Shown here: piece by piece, positions 1 to 8,703 of the stretch
How positions within the stretch are numbered: position 1 is the first letter of the stretch
How the letters are laid out: each line of letters opens with the position of its first letter
Assembly (NCBI GenBank): GCA_963813535.1
Contig: CAWEZH010000002.1
Coordinates: forward strand, 1,632,001 to 1,696,000
Direction of reading: 5' to 3'
Origin: an uncultured Chloroflexia bacterium
GTDB taxonomy: Bacteria > Chloroflexota > Limnocylindria > Limnocylindrales > CSP1-4
Length of the DNA stretch: 64,000 nucleotides
Made by a program: the position numbers and the translations under genes
Notes under the pieces: generated by a model
The model's input: the letters and a program-made list of their open reading frames with translations, nothing else
Told to the model about the DNA's origin: nothing
Databases searched by the model: none

Positions 1-134
1 ACCACGAGGGCACCAAGGGCGAACCAGGTGCGCGGTGATACGTTCGTGACGACTTCCCCCTTAGTCCGGTCGACACCCGGTCATGGTCGCGGAGTGTACG
101 ACGGGACTCGCCCGCGCGACCCTCGGGTGATGCA

Positions 135-1163
135 TCAACGCACCACGTCGAGGACACCGGCCCACGCGAGTTGGGCGCGGACCAGCGGTACGCTCGCTCG
201 GCCGCCGACGTTGATCCGGCGGATCCGGTACCGGTCGGCCCGACGCATGTCGTTGCCACCTCGGCGTGTGGTCATGGCCAGTTCCATGCCGGCCCGACGT
301 GCGGCCTCGACGGCGGATTCCCCATGGGCGCCACTGGGGTAGGCCAGGACCGGGACCGGTGCCGCGATCGCTCCCGTCTCGCGCTCCAGGTCCCTGGAAG
401 AACCGGCGATCTCGTCGACCGCCCGCTCGATGTCGACGCGGTCGAGGAGTGGATGGTGGCGCGTGTGCGGGGCGAGCGTGACACCCTCGCCCGCCAGCCG
501 ACGGAGGTCGTCCCAATCGAGGACCGCCGGCTCAGTCGCGGCGTCGCCCGCGATGTCCAGCGCGTCGACTATCCTGGCCACCTCGGACAGCGTGGCTTCA
601 TGGTCGAGGTCCTTCAGCCACGCCCGAAGCTGGCCGACGGTGGACGTTGCCGCGTCGGCCCCGACCGGAAACACGCCGATCGGCGTCTCGAGCGACGTCC
701 GCGTCGTCGTCCGGACGGCGGCCCACAGCCGGTCCCACCAGAAGCGCATCGACGGATCCGCGCTGAATGCCGTGGCGACGAACAAGGTGGCCGGCACCGA
801 CGCCGCTCGCAGCACGGGCCAGGCATTGCTGGCGAAGTCGCGATAGCCGTCGTCGAAGGTCACCAGCACGGCTCGGCGTGGCAGCCGACGCGGGTCGTCG
901 AGCGCCGCCAGGACATCCCGCATGGACACCGGATCGAACTCCCGGGCGACCATCGCGACCTGCGCTGCGAGATCGGCCGGCGTTGCCGAGATGAGGCTCG
1001 GCATGAGGTCCGGGCGCGCGTCCGGCTCGTCGACGCGGTGGTAGGTCAGGATCGTCAGGACGCCCCGGCGTCGCGGCAACGCCCGATCGACGAGGGTCGA
1101 GGCCGCGCCGGCAAGCGGGCCCCGGCCTGCGGCGGAGACGACGCGACGGAGGCGATCAGCCAT
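135..1163 (-). CDS. Polysaccharide deacetylase (CE4/NodB-like)
   Basis: LTYHRV, VTFDDGY, HTRHHP and AYPSG motifs. Start placed at MADRL (ATG 1163), overlapping the upstream stop by 8 nt. Confidence 0.9.
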   Translation of the reverse strand: MADRLRRVVSAAGRGPLAGAASTLVDRALPRRRGVLTILTYHRVDEPDARPDLMPSLISATPADLAAQVAMVAREFDPVSMRDVLAALDDPRRLPRRAVLVTFDDGYRDFASNAWPVLRAASVPATLFVATAFSADPSMRFWWDRLWAAVRTTTRTSLETPIGVFPVGADAATSTVGQLRAWLKDLDHEATLSEVARIVDALDIAGDAATEPAVLDWDDLRRLAGEGVTLAPHTRHHPLLDRVDIERAVDEIAGSSRDLERETGAIAAPVPVLAYPSGAHGESAVEAARRAGMELAMTTRRGGNDMRRADRYRIRRINVGGRASVPLVRAQLAWAGVLDVVR

Positions 1164-2397
1164 CGGACCGCCGCGTGCCGCGCAGCCCATCGCGAGCGAT
1201 CGTGACCAGCTGTGCGAGACCGGGTGCGGGGTCGGACCAGGTCATCAGGTCATCGCCGATCCGGGGATCGAGCAGATGCACAAGCGCCCCGATGGCATCC
1301 GAGCGGCGGGGCCACGGCATGCCGCGCTGTCGTCGACGGCCGGACAGCACCGCGCCGATCCAGGCCATCTCGAGGCGAAGGTTCCGGGCACGGACGCCGC
1401 GCCGGTAGTCGGTGTCGACGGCTGGATCGTCGGGCGGCCGCGCCGTCGGGTGCATCAGCAGATCGGCGAGCCGCGCCGGGAAGTCCATCCCGGCTCGTGA
1501 TGCCAGGGGCAACGACCCCCAGACCCGGCCGTTGATCTCCATGAGGTAGCCCACGCCGTCGTGGCCGCGCCGGAACTCGACCATGGCGAGCCCGGTCCAG
1601 TCGAGCTCGTGCAGGAGACGGACCGCATGGTCGTACAAGTCGTCGTCGAGCTCGGCGCTCACTCGCAGCGAGCTGGCCCCGCCGGTGGGCGGCACCTCGC
1701 GGAGACGGCGGTGCTGGAAGGCCGCGAGCGGCCGGCCGTGGTCCATGAGTAGCTCGACCCCGACGCCCTCGCCCGGCGTCCAGCGCTGGAGGAGCACCGG
1801 GGTTCCGCTCGCGATCGCAGCGAGTCGCCCGCGCAGATCGGAGGCATCGACGGCATAGCCGACGACGTAGGAGCGGATCGTCCGGTCGGGCAGGACCTGT
1901 CGCGAGGCGACCGGCTTCACGACGACGGGGTAGCCCAGCTCCGCGGCCACCGACTCGATGTCGTCGCCGGCCGTCACCGTCCGGGTCGGCGGGAGCGGAA
2001 CGCCAAGCCGCTCCGCGAGTGCCATCGTGGCGGACTTGTCGTGCGTGGCGGCGAGACCGTCAGGGTCGGGGACCGCCAGGGTCGTCAGACCTGCGAATCG
2101 TTCACGCGCTTCGGCGATCGGCAGACCGAGCTCGTCCGTGATCGGGACGACCAGGTCGATACCCGCGCTCTCCACGCGCGCCCGGATGGCCTCGACCACG
2201 TCATCGGGTCGGTCGGTCGGTCGGGGATAGAGCAGTCGGTCGGTGGCGAACCGTGAGCGGAAGCCCGGGCTGGCCGGGTCCGAATCGGCGGCGGTCACCC
2301 GCCAGCCGAGCCGGCCCAGCGAGCGGATGAAGGCGATGGCGCTGCCTCGACCGGCGTCGGTGATGAGCGCGTGGGGCTGTTTGCCGCTCCGGCTCAT
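1156..2397 (-). CDS. ATP-grasp carboxylate-amine ligase
   Basis: HDK, YPVVVKP, LLQRWTPG, GLAMVEF and LMEINGRVWGS motifs. Start MSRSGKQ (ATG 2397) in an ATGA overlap with the upstream gene. Confidence 0.88.
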   Translation of the reverse strand: MSRSGKQPHALITDAGRGSAIAFIRSLGRLGWRVTAADSDPASPGFRSRFATDRLLYPRPTDRPDDVVEAIRARVESAGIDLVVPITDELGLPIAEARERFAGLTTLAVPDPDGLAATHDKSATMALAERLGVPLPPTRTVTAGDDIESVAAELGYPVVVKPVASRQVLPDRTIRSYVVGYAVDASDLRGRLAAIASGTPVLLQRWTPGEGVGVELLMDHGRPLAAFQHRRLREVPPTGGASSLRVSAELDDDLYDHAVRLLHELDWTGLAMVEFRRGHDGVGYLMEINGRVWGSLPLASRAGMDFPARLADLLMHPTARPPDDPAVDTDYRRGVRARNLRLEMAWIGAVLSGRRRQRGMPWPRRSDAIGALVHLLDPRIGDDLMTWSDPAPGLAQLVTIARDGLRGTRRSDG

Positions 2398-3101
2398 CGG
2401 TCCTCCGGCGGCGCAGCGGCGTGGCCGGGCAAGCGCGAGACGATGATCTCGGCCACCCGGTCCGTGACCGCGTCGACCGGCTGCGTGGCGTCGACCTCGA
2501 CGAAGTCGTCGACGTGACCGGCGATCGCCCGGTACTCGTCGCGCCGGCGCTCGAGCGCCTCGACGGTCCCCTCCCCCTTGCGCGCGAGGAGGACCTCGCC
2601 CGGGGCATCGAGATAGATGACGAGGTCCGGCCGCGGGTACAGGCGACCCAGGACGAGGCCGTGCAGCCGCTGCGACCACGACCGGTCGCCCGCGTCATCG
2701 TCGACGTCGTACGCGTGGTAGTCGACGAAGAAATGCCGGTCGAACAGCACGATCGCGCCGGATCGCGTCCACCGCCAGGCCAGCCACTGGCGGTACCACT
2801 CCTCGGCAAAACGGTTTCCCACCCGCAGCGCGGCCCGGACGTCGGCCACGCGACGACGGACGAACGACGTCGAACGCGGCCGCCTGGGACCGTGCGAAGG
2901 TGGCCCGGCGGTGTCCGGAGCCGCCCCGCGAGCGCGCTTGATACGCCGGGCGAGCCTGGTCGTCGGAAGCATGACGTTGCTCGAATCGGTGCTCACGCCC
3001 ATGTACAGGTAGCGGACCGGGACCGGGAGCAACGGCGGCAGGCCGCGCGCGACCGTGGTCTTGCCCGCCCCGTCCGGCCCGATCAGGGCGACGGTCGTCA
3101 T
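2394..3101 (-). CDS. Thymidylate-kinase-like P-loop kinase
   Basis: Walker A GPDGAGKTT, FDRH and PRPDLVIYLDAP; ATGA-coupled on both sides. Confidence 0.8.
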   Translation of the reverse strand: MTTVALIGPDGAGKTTVARGLPPLLPVPVRYLYMGVSTDSSNVMLPTTRLARRIKRARGAAPDTAGPPSHGPRRPRSTSFVRRRVADVRAALRVGNRFAEEWYRQWLAWRWTRSGAIVLFDRHFFVDYHAYDVDDDAGDRSWSQRLHGLVLGRLYPRPDLVIYLDAPGEVLLARKGEGTVEALERRRDEYRAIAGHVDDFVEVDATQPVDAVTDRVAEIIVSRLPGHAAAPPEDR

Positions 3102-4213
3102 GTGGGCGCGATCGCCGGCCGAACGGCCTCGAAGAGCGCGTGGATATCGACCGGGTACGGATGCGTCACGATGCAGGCCGGGCGCCCGGCGAAGATCCGT
3201 TCGAGCAATTCGCGCTGCCGCGCTTCGAAGGTCGCGAGGAACTCGTTGGTCATCGCCGGGTGTGCGAACCGTGCCTGTTCCATGAGTGCCAGTAGATCTC
3301 GTCGCTCATACATCAGCGAGGCGACCATCCGGGCAGCGACGTCGAGTGGGTCGGTGGGCACGACGGTCGTCTCATCGCCCGCAGCGCTGACGACGAACAG
3401 GATGCGGTCCAGGCTGCCCGTCATGTCGCCGATGTCGCCGAAGAGGGTCTCCGGCGGAAGGTCCACGTGGAGCTGGTCCTCGAGGACGGGCATCGCGCGA
3501 CGCAGGAGGCTGCCGGGCGGCAGGCGCCTTACCGGACCCGGCATGGCGCGGTCGACCCGGCGCAGGGCGGGGATGCCGCGCAGCTTGACGTGGTCACCGA
3601 GCCCGAGGTTCTCACGCACCTCCGGAAGCTGTTTCAGATGCCAGTCCCACAGCCGGATGGGCTCCGGGATGCCGTGCATGCGACCGTCGGCGGTCAGGTA
3701 GACCCATTCGTCGCCGATGTATCGCGCGCCAGCACCCGCAGCCGCCATCAGCAACTCGGTCTTGCCGCCCTTCGACCAGCCCGTGACGAGCGTGCCGACC
3801 CCGTCGAGCTCGAAGGCAGCCGCATGGAGCGGGAGTGCTCCGTTCACGAGGACCGTGAGGTTGAGGATCGCGATGAGGAAGGGCACGGCCGGGACACCGC
3901 GCTCGCAGACGATCTCGCAGCGACCGCCGATGCGATCCATCGGGATGCGCACGACGACGGGCTTCTTGCGGCTCCGCAGCACGTAGAAGCCGTCATCGGT
4001 CCAACCGGCCTCGCGGGCGCCGAGATAGCGAAGGCGAGATCGATCATCGACGCGATCGACGAAGCGGATCGTGATCTCCGGCTCTCGGTCGAGCGTGCGC
4101 GGCAGCGGACCGAGCTGCCGCTCGATGGCACGGATATCGGACGTGCCGGCGTCGAGGACACGCACGCCTGCCAAACCATGGAGATCGAAATCGACGGTGT
4201 CGCGCTGGGTCAT
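3098..4213 (-). CDS. HPr-kinase-related P-loop protein
   Basis: LHAAAF...GWSKGGKT...IGDEW, the pattern of HprK-related kinases. Confidence 0.7.
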   Translation of the reverse strand: MTQRDTVDFDLHGLAGVRVLDAGTSDIRAIERQLGPLPRTLDREPEITIRFVDRVDDRSRLRYLGAREAGWTDDGFYVLRSRKKPVVVRIPMDRIGGRCEIVCERGVPAVPFLIAILNLTVLVNGALPLHAAAFELDGVGTLVTGWSKGGKTELLMAAAGAGARYIGDEWVYLTADGRMHGIPEPIRLWDWHLKQLPEVRENLGLGDHVKLRGIPALRRVDRAMPGPVRRLPPGSLLRRAMPVLEDQLHVDLPPETLFGDIGDMTGSLDRILFVVSAAGDETTVVPTDPLDVAARMVASLMYERRDLLALMEQARFAHPAMTNEFLATFEARQRELLERIFAGRPACIVTHPYPVDIHALFEAVRPAIAPT

Positions 4214-4242
4214 CGGGCCTCGCGCGCTGGCTCGTGGGACAT
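4210..4242 (-). other. Possible 10-aa upstream ORF (MSHEPAREAR)
   Basis: GAGG 5 nt before ATG 4242; its TGA overlaps the next ATG (ATGA at 4210-4213). Confidence 0.35.
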
Positions 4243-4368
4243 GGACGCCTCGTGAGGGCTGGGAATGGCTCGCCGGCGGCCCCCCGGTCGCGACGACGAG
4301 GGACAGTACATCACGCGACCGGACGGAAGGGTCTCGCCGTCGTGACGTCGTGCCGCTACGATGCGCGC

Positions 4369-4641
4369 GTGCAGGATCTCGAACTCATCCTCATCACCGC
4401 GGGCGTGATCATCTCCGCGGCATATATCGTTGCCCAGGCACGGTCCCGGGGCACCACCGACCACATCGTGGTGCGCCTGCTTCTCGGGCTGATCCCGGCC
4501 GTCATGGCGGTCAGCGTCGTGCTCATCAACCGGTATGACGTCGTTCCCGACGATGCCGAGCAGCCGCTATGGCTCATCGCGATCGTCCTCGTCTCTGCTG
4601 CGCTCATCGTCGGCACGGGTTACCGGCTCGCCAGGCACTGA
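4369..4641 (+). CDS. Small hypothetical membrane protein (about 3 TM helices)
   Basis: Three hydrophobic stretches; GTG 4369 lies 6 nt after a TACGAT -10-like box (leaderless). Confidence 0.7.
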   Translation: MQDLELILITAGVIISAAYIVAQARSRGTTDHIVVRLLLGLIPAVMAVSVVLINRYDVVPDDAEQPLWLIAIVLVSAALIVGTGYRLARH

Positions 4642-4798
4642 CGGTCACGCCAGCGGCTGACGGCCTCGCACGCTCAAGCCTGCGCATGCGCGCGGCGGTG
4701 TCCATCCGCACCATGGTCATGGCCCATCTGGTCCAGTACCGACACCGAACCGGTATCCTTGCCGCGATCAGCCCGTAGGGGCTTCCAAAGGGGGTTGC

Positions 4799-6343
4799 GT
4801 GGAACTCACCGGTTATCTCGCGGTCGCGCGTCGCTGGTGGTGGACGCTTCTGGTGGCGACGTGGGTCGCCGGCGTCTCCGGCTACGTGGTCGCGTCGCAG
4901 ATCCCGCCGACGTACGAGGCGGAAACACAGCTGCTCATCGGTCCGTACAACACCGACCGGGACACGCTGGCGGCGTCGGGCGACCTCGTCCAGACCTATT
5001 CGCAGCTCGTCACGACGACGCCGCTGCTGTCGTCCGCGATCAGTGAGGCCGGGGCCAGCCTGACGCCGGCCGAACTCGCCATGGCCACGCGCGTCACCGC
5101 GAGCGACACGACGCGCTTCTTGAGCATCCGCGTCCAGGACACGAATCCGGAGATGGCGGCCCGGCTCGCGAACGCCCTCGCCGATGAGATCACGGCCCTG
5201 GCATCCCGTGGCACGAGCCGACCAGAGGGTCAGATCCAGCCGGTCGATTTCGCCGTCCCCCCGACGGAGCCGATCGCGCCGCAGAAGTCGTTGATCGTCG
5301 GCCTCGCGGCCCTCGCCGCCCTGATCGGCGCGATGGTCCTCGTGATGCTCGTGGAATACCTGAGCGCAGCCGTGCGTTCAGAGGACGAGCTCACCCGGCT
5401 GACCGGCCTGTCACATCTCGGGAACGTCGACATCAGTCGCTCCCTCCCGTCTGGTGATCGTGGACTCCTCGACAAGGCACCGGATTCGGCCGCGGCCGCC
5501 GCGTATCGGCTCGTCCTCGCCAAGGCGGCCTTCCTCGAGCGCGGGCGTGCCGCACGCTCGATCGTCGTCGTCGGAGCGGGATCTGATAGCGCCAGCAGCC
5601 AGGTCGCGGCGAACCTCGCCGCCATCACGGCGCGAGCCGGTCGGCAGGTCGTCCTCGTCGACTACGACTCGAGCGATGCGTCGGTCACACGCATCTTCGG
5701 TCTCTACGACCGCACCGGTGTGACCGATCTCGTCGACGCCTCCCCGGCCGATGTCTCGAGCCGGCTCGTGCGTGTCTCGTCCACGCTCCGGGTGCTGCCG
5801 TTCGGGCTCTCGGAGGATCCCGACACGATCGACGTCGCGCGCGCCTCGGCGGTCATCGCCACGCTCGTGGAGCACGCCGATCTCGTCATGATCAATGGCG
5901 GTGTCCTGCACCTGTCGGCCGGCGCCCTGGCCTGGGCCCAGGCGGCCGATACGGCCATCCTCGTCGCCGTGCGCGACCACGCCCGACGCGACGACATCGA
6001 GTACGCCGCCGAAAGCCTGCGTCTCGTCGGCGTGGAGGTCGCCGGGACCGTCCTTGCCGAGCGCAAGCGTGGCCTCGGTCGAGGCCGAGCCCGTGGCGGT
6101 GACCGCCCGCGTCCGGCTCCGGACACCCCCGGTGGTGGGACCCGTTCGACGCGCGAAGCTCCCCGCCCCTCGTACCCCGAGCCTGAACCGCTCAGCGACT
6201 ACCGGCCGCAGCCCGTGCCGGACACCTATCGCGAATCGACCGTGCGGATCGACGCCGAGGCGCTGCCCGATGACGAACCGGAGCCGACCACCCCGGCCCG
6301 CCGCGCACCGCGCCGTCGTGGCGACGCGCAGCCGAACGCCTAG
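4799..6343 (+). CDS. Wzz/Wzc-type polysaccharide co-polymerase with degenerate tyrosine-kinase domain
   Basis: N-terminal YLAVARRWWW plus TM and PPTYEAET, a second TM after PIAP, and a CpsD-like C-terminal half (AANLA, VVLVDYD) lacking Walker A GK[ST]. Confidence 0.85.
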   Translation: MELTGYLAVARRWWWTLLVATWVAGVSGYVVASQIPPTYEAETQLLIGPYNTDRDTLAASGDLVQTYSQLVTTTPLLSSAISEAGASLTPAELAMATRVTASDTTRFLSIRVQDTNPEMAARLANALADEITALASRGTSRPEGQIQPVDFAVPPTEPIAPQKSLIVGLAALAALIGAMVLVMLVEYLSAAVRSEDELTRLTGLSHLGNVDISRSLPSGDRGLLDKAPDSAAAAAYRLVLAKAAFLERGRAARSIVVVGAGSDSASSQVAANLAAITARAGRQVVLVDYDSSDASVTRIFGLYDRTGVTDLVDASPADVSSRLVRVSSTLRVLPFGLSEDPDTIDVARASAVIATLVEHADLVMINGGVLHLSAGALAWAQAADTAILVAVRDHARRDDIEYAAESLRLVGVEVAGTVLAERKRGLGRGRARGGDRPRPAPDTPGGGTRSTREAPRPSYPEPEPLSDYRPQPVPDTYRESTVRIDAEALPDDEPEPTTPARRAPRRRGDAQPNA

Positions 6344-6373
6344 TCGAATAGGCAGACCGCTCGGACACACGCC

Positions 6374-7399
6374 ATGCGCATCCTGATCACGGGGGGCGCC
6401 GGATACATCGGCTCCCTCACGGCACGCCACCTCGCCGAGGCCGGCCACGTCCCGATCGTCCTGGACGACCTGCGGAACGGACATCGAGCTGCCATCGGCT
6501 CGCTGCCTCTCGTCCTCGGCGATGTCCGTGACACGGATCTCGTGGCCGCCACGATCGAGCAGAACGCGATCGACGCCGTCATCCATTTCGCAGCCCTGAA
6601 GTCGGTCGAGGATTCGGTCACCGATCCGGGCGCCTACTTCGACGACAACGTCGGCGGGACGCTCGGAGTCCTGCGCGCGATGGCGCGCACCGGCGTCAGC
6701 CGCATCGTCTTCTCGTCGTCGTGCGCGGTATACGGCATGCCGGAGTCCCTGCCCGTGACCGAGGGATCGCCGATCCGACCGATGAATCCGTACGGCGAGA
6801 CCAAGGCGGTCTCCGAGCGCCTGCTGCCGTGGTTCGAGTCCGCGCACGGCATCCGGTCGGCTGCGCTGCGCTACTTCAACGCCGCGGGTGCCGCGGAGGA
6901 CGGGTCGGCGGGCGAGGACTGGACGGGCGCCCAGAACCTCATCCCGGTGGTGTTGCGCACGGCCGCCGGGCAGCAGCCGGTCGTCCGCGTGTTCGGAACG
7001 GACCACCCGACGCCCGATGGGACCGCAGTCCGCGACTACATCCACGTGCTCGACCTTGCCGAGGCCCACCGCCGTGCGCTCGAGGCCATCGACCTCCGCG
7101 ACGGGTCGCTGACCGTCAACGTCGGGACCGGGGTCGGGGCGTCCGTCCGGGAGGTCCTCGATGCCGCCCGGCGCATCACGGGCCGCACGATCCACGCCGA
7201 GGAGGCGCCCCGGCGAGCGGGCGACCCGCCGGCGGTCTGGGCCGATACCCGCCTGGCCGAGGAGTTGCTCGGCTGGCATGCGACGCGCTCGCTCGACGAC
7301 ATCGTGGGCTCGGCGTGGCGCTGGCACACGAGCCATCCGAACGGCTATGAGTCCGAGGACTCGACCGGTCGAGCGTCGCGGGTCAAGGCCGCCGGATGA
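6374..7399 (+). CDS. galE: UDP-glucose 4-epimerase
   Basis: ITGGAGYIGS, HFAALKSV, YGETK, LRYFNAAG, DGTAVRDYIHV, RRAGDP. Confidence 0.95.
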   Translation: MRILITGGAGYIGSLTARHLAEAGHVPIVLDDLRNGHRAAIGSLPLVLGDVRDTDLVAATIEQNAIDAVIHFAALKSVEDSVTDPGAYFDDNVGGTLGVLRAMARTGVSRIVFSSSCAVYGMPESLPVTEGSPIRPMNPYGETKAVSERLLPWFESAHGIRSAALRYFNAAGAAEDGSAGEDWTGAQNLIPVVLRTAAGQQPVVRVFGTDHPTPDGTAVRDYIHVLDLAEAHRRALEAIDLRDGSLTVNVGTGVGASVREVLDAARRITGRTIHAEEAPRRAGDPPAVWADTRLAEELLGWHATRSLDDIVGSAWRWHTSHPNGYESEDSTGRASRVKAAG

Positions 7400-8703
7400 T
7401 GCCGAACGACGGCCTGACGGTCGCCTACGTGATGTCGCGCTTCCCGAAGCTCACCGAGACGTTCATCCTGGCCGAACTCGAGGCGATGGATCGTGCCGGC
7501 GTGGCGATCGAGCTGTATCCCCTGCTCCGCCAGACGGGCGAACCGGTCCAACCGGCCGCGGTGCCGTGGGTCGAGCGCGCGCACTATCTGCCGTTCGTCT
7601 CGCCCGCCATCCTGCGTGCGCAGTGGTCGTACCTCGGCGATCCCCGCCGACGGCGGCGCTACATCCGTGCGTTCGTGGACATGATCCGCGGGACCTGGCG
7701 CAGCCCGAACTTCCTCGTCGGCGGACTCGGCATCTTCCCGAAGGTCGCACGGGCTGCCCTCGAGATGCGCGAGACGGGCGTCGATCACGTCCACTGCCAC
7801 TTCGCGAACCACCCCGCGCTGGCGGGCTGGCTGATCCATCGACTGGTCGGCATCCCCTATAGCTTCACGGCCCACGGTTCGGACCTCCACGTCGACCGGA
7901 CCATGTTGCCGACGAAGGTCCGCGAGGCGGCGTTCGTCGTGACCATCTCCGGCGACAACCGAACGCTCATCGAGTCGACGGCGGGATCCAGCGCCGAGGG
8001 CAAGGTCGAGGTCATCCACTGTGGCGTCGATCCTGCCGCGTTCGCGCCGAGCGACCGGACAGGCGACGGCGCGCTCCGGATCGTGGCGGTCGGCACGCTC
8101 CACGAGGTCAAGGGTCAGATCCATCTGATCGAGGCCTGCCGCCTCCTCGCCGAGCGAGGCGTCGCGTTCACGTGCCGGTTCATCGGTGATGGGCCTGACC
8201 GGGACGCGCTCCAGGCACGAATCGACGAATACGGTCTCGCGGATCGCGTCACCCTGGTCGGGCGGATGACGAGCGACGCAGTGGCGACCGAGCTGGCCGC
8301 ATCGGACGTGCTCGCCGCGCCCAGCGTGCCGACCCACGGCGGCAAGCGAGAGGGCATCCCGGTCGTCCTCATGGAGGCGATGGCGAGTGGCCTGCCGGTC
8401 GTGGCGAGTCGGCTGTCGGGCATCCCGGAGCTCGTGACCGATGGTGTCAGCGGTCTGCTCGTGCCGCCCGGCGACGACGATGCGCTCGCGCACGCCCTTG
8501 CCACGCTGGCGATGGATGCACCGCTCCGCGGACGACTCGGCGCGGCCGGGCGCGAGACGGTGATGCGCGAGTTCGATGTCGACCGCAATGCGGCGATCCT
8601 CGCCGACCGGATACGCCGATCGCTCGGGGGTCACGAGGCGCCAGCTGCTGCGCCATCCAGCGCGTCCGAGTCGGACATCGTCGCAGCGGATCCGGCGGCA
8701 TGA
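7396..8703 (+). CDS. Glycosyltransferase family 4 (WcaL-like)
   Basis: FPKLTETFI, HCHFA, TAHGSD, EGIPVVLMEAMA (EX7E). Confidence 0.92.
   Translation: MMPNDGLTVAYVMSRFPKLTETFILAELEAMDRAGVAIELYPLLRQTGEPVQPAAVPWVERAHYLPFVSPAILRAQWSYLGDPRRRRRYIRAFVDMIRGTWRSPNFLVGGLGIFPKVARAALEMRETGVDHVHCHFANHPALAGWLIHRLVGIPYSFTAHGSDLHVDRTMLPTKVREAAFVVTISGDNRTLIESTAGSSAEGKVEVIHCGVDPAAFAPSDRTGDGALRIVAVGTLHEVKGQIHLIEACRLLAERGVAFTCRFIGDGPDRDALQARIDEYGLADRVTLVGRMTSDAVATELAASDVLAAPSVPTHGGKREGIPVVLMEAMASGLPVVASRLSGIPELVTDGVSGLLVPPGDDDALAHALATLAMDAPLRGRLGAAGRETVMREFDVDRNAAILADRIRRSLGGHEAPAAAPSSASESDIVAADPAA

Noticed and set aside
3098-4260. HprK-like kinase plus ATP-grasp as a RiPP (lasso peptide or graspetide) cluster
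   Set aside because: No lasso cyclase, B protein or PqqD domain, and no plausible precursor peptide; the context is polysaccharide biosynthesis.
5411-7336. Long antisense ORFs (e.g. 5411-7336, 24182-25852, 32039-34633, 45134-46768, 47691-50069)
   Set aside because: They are shadow frames of well-supported genes on the opposite strand, expected in high-GC DNA, and carry no recognisable motifs.
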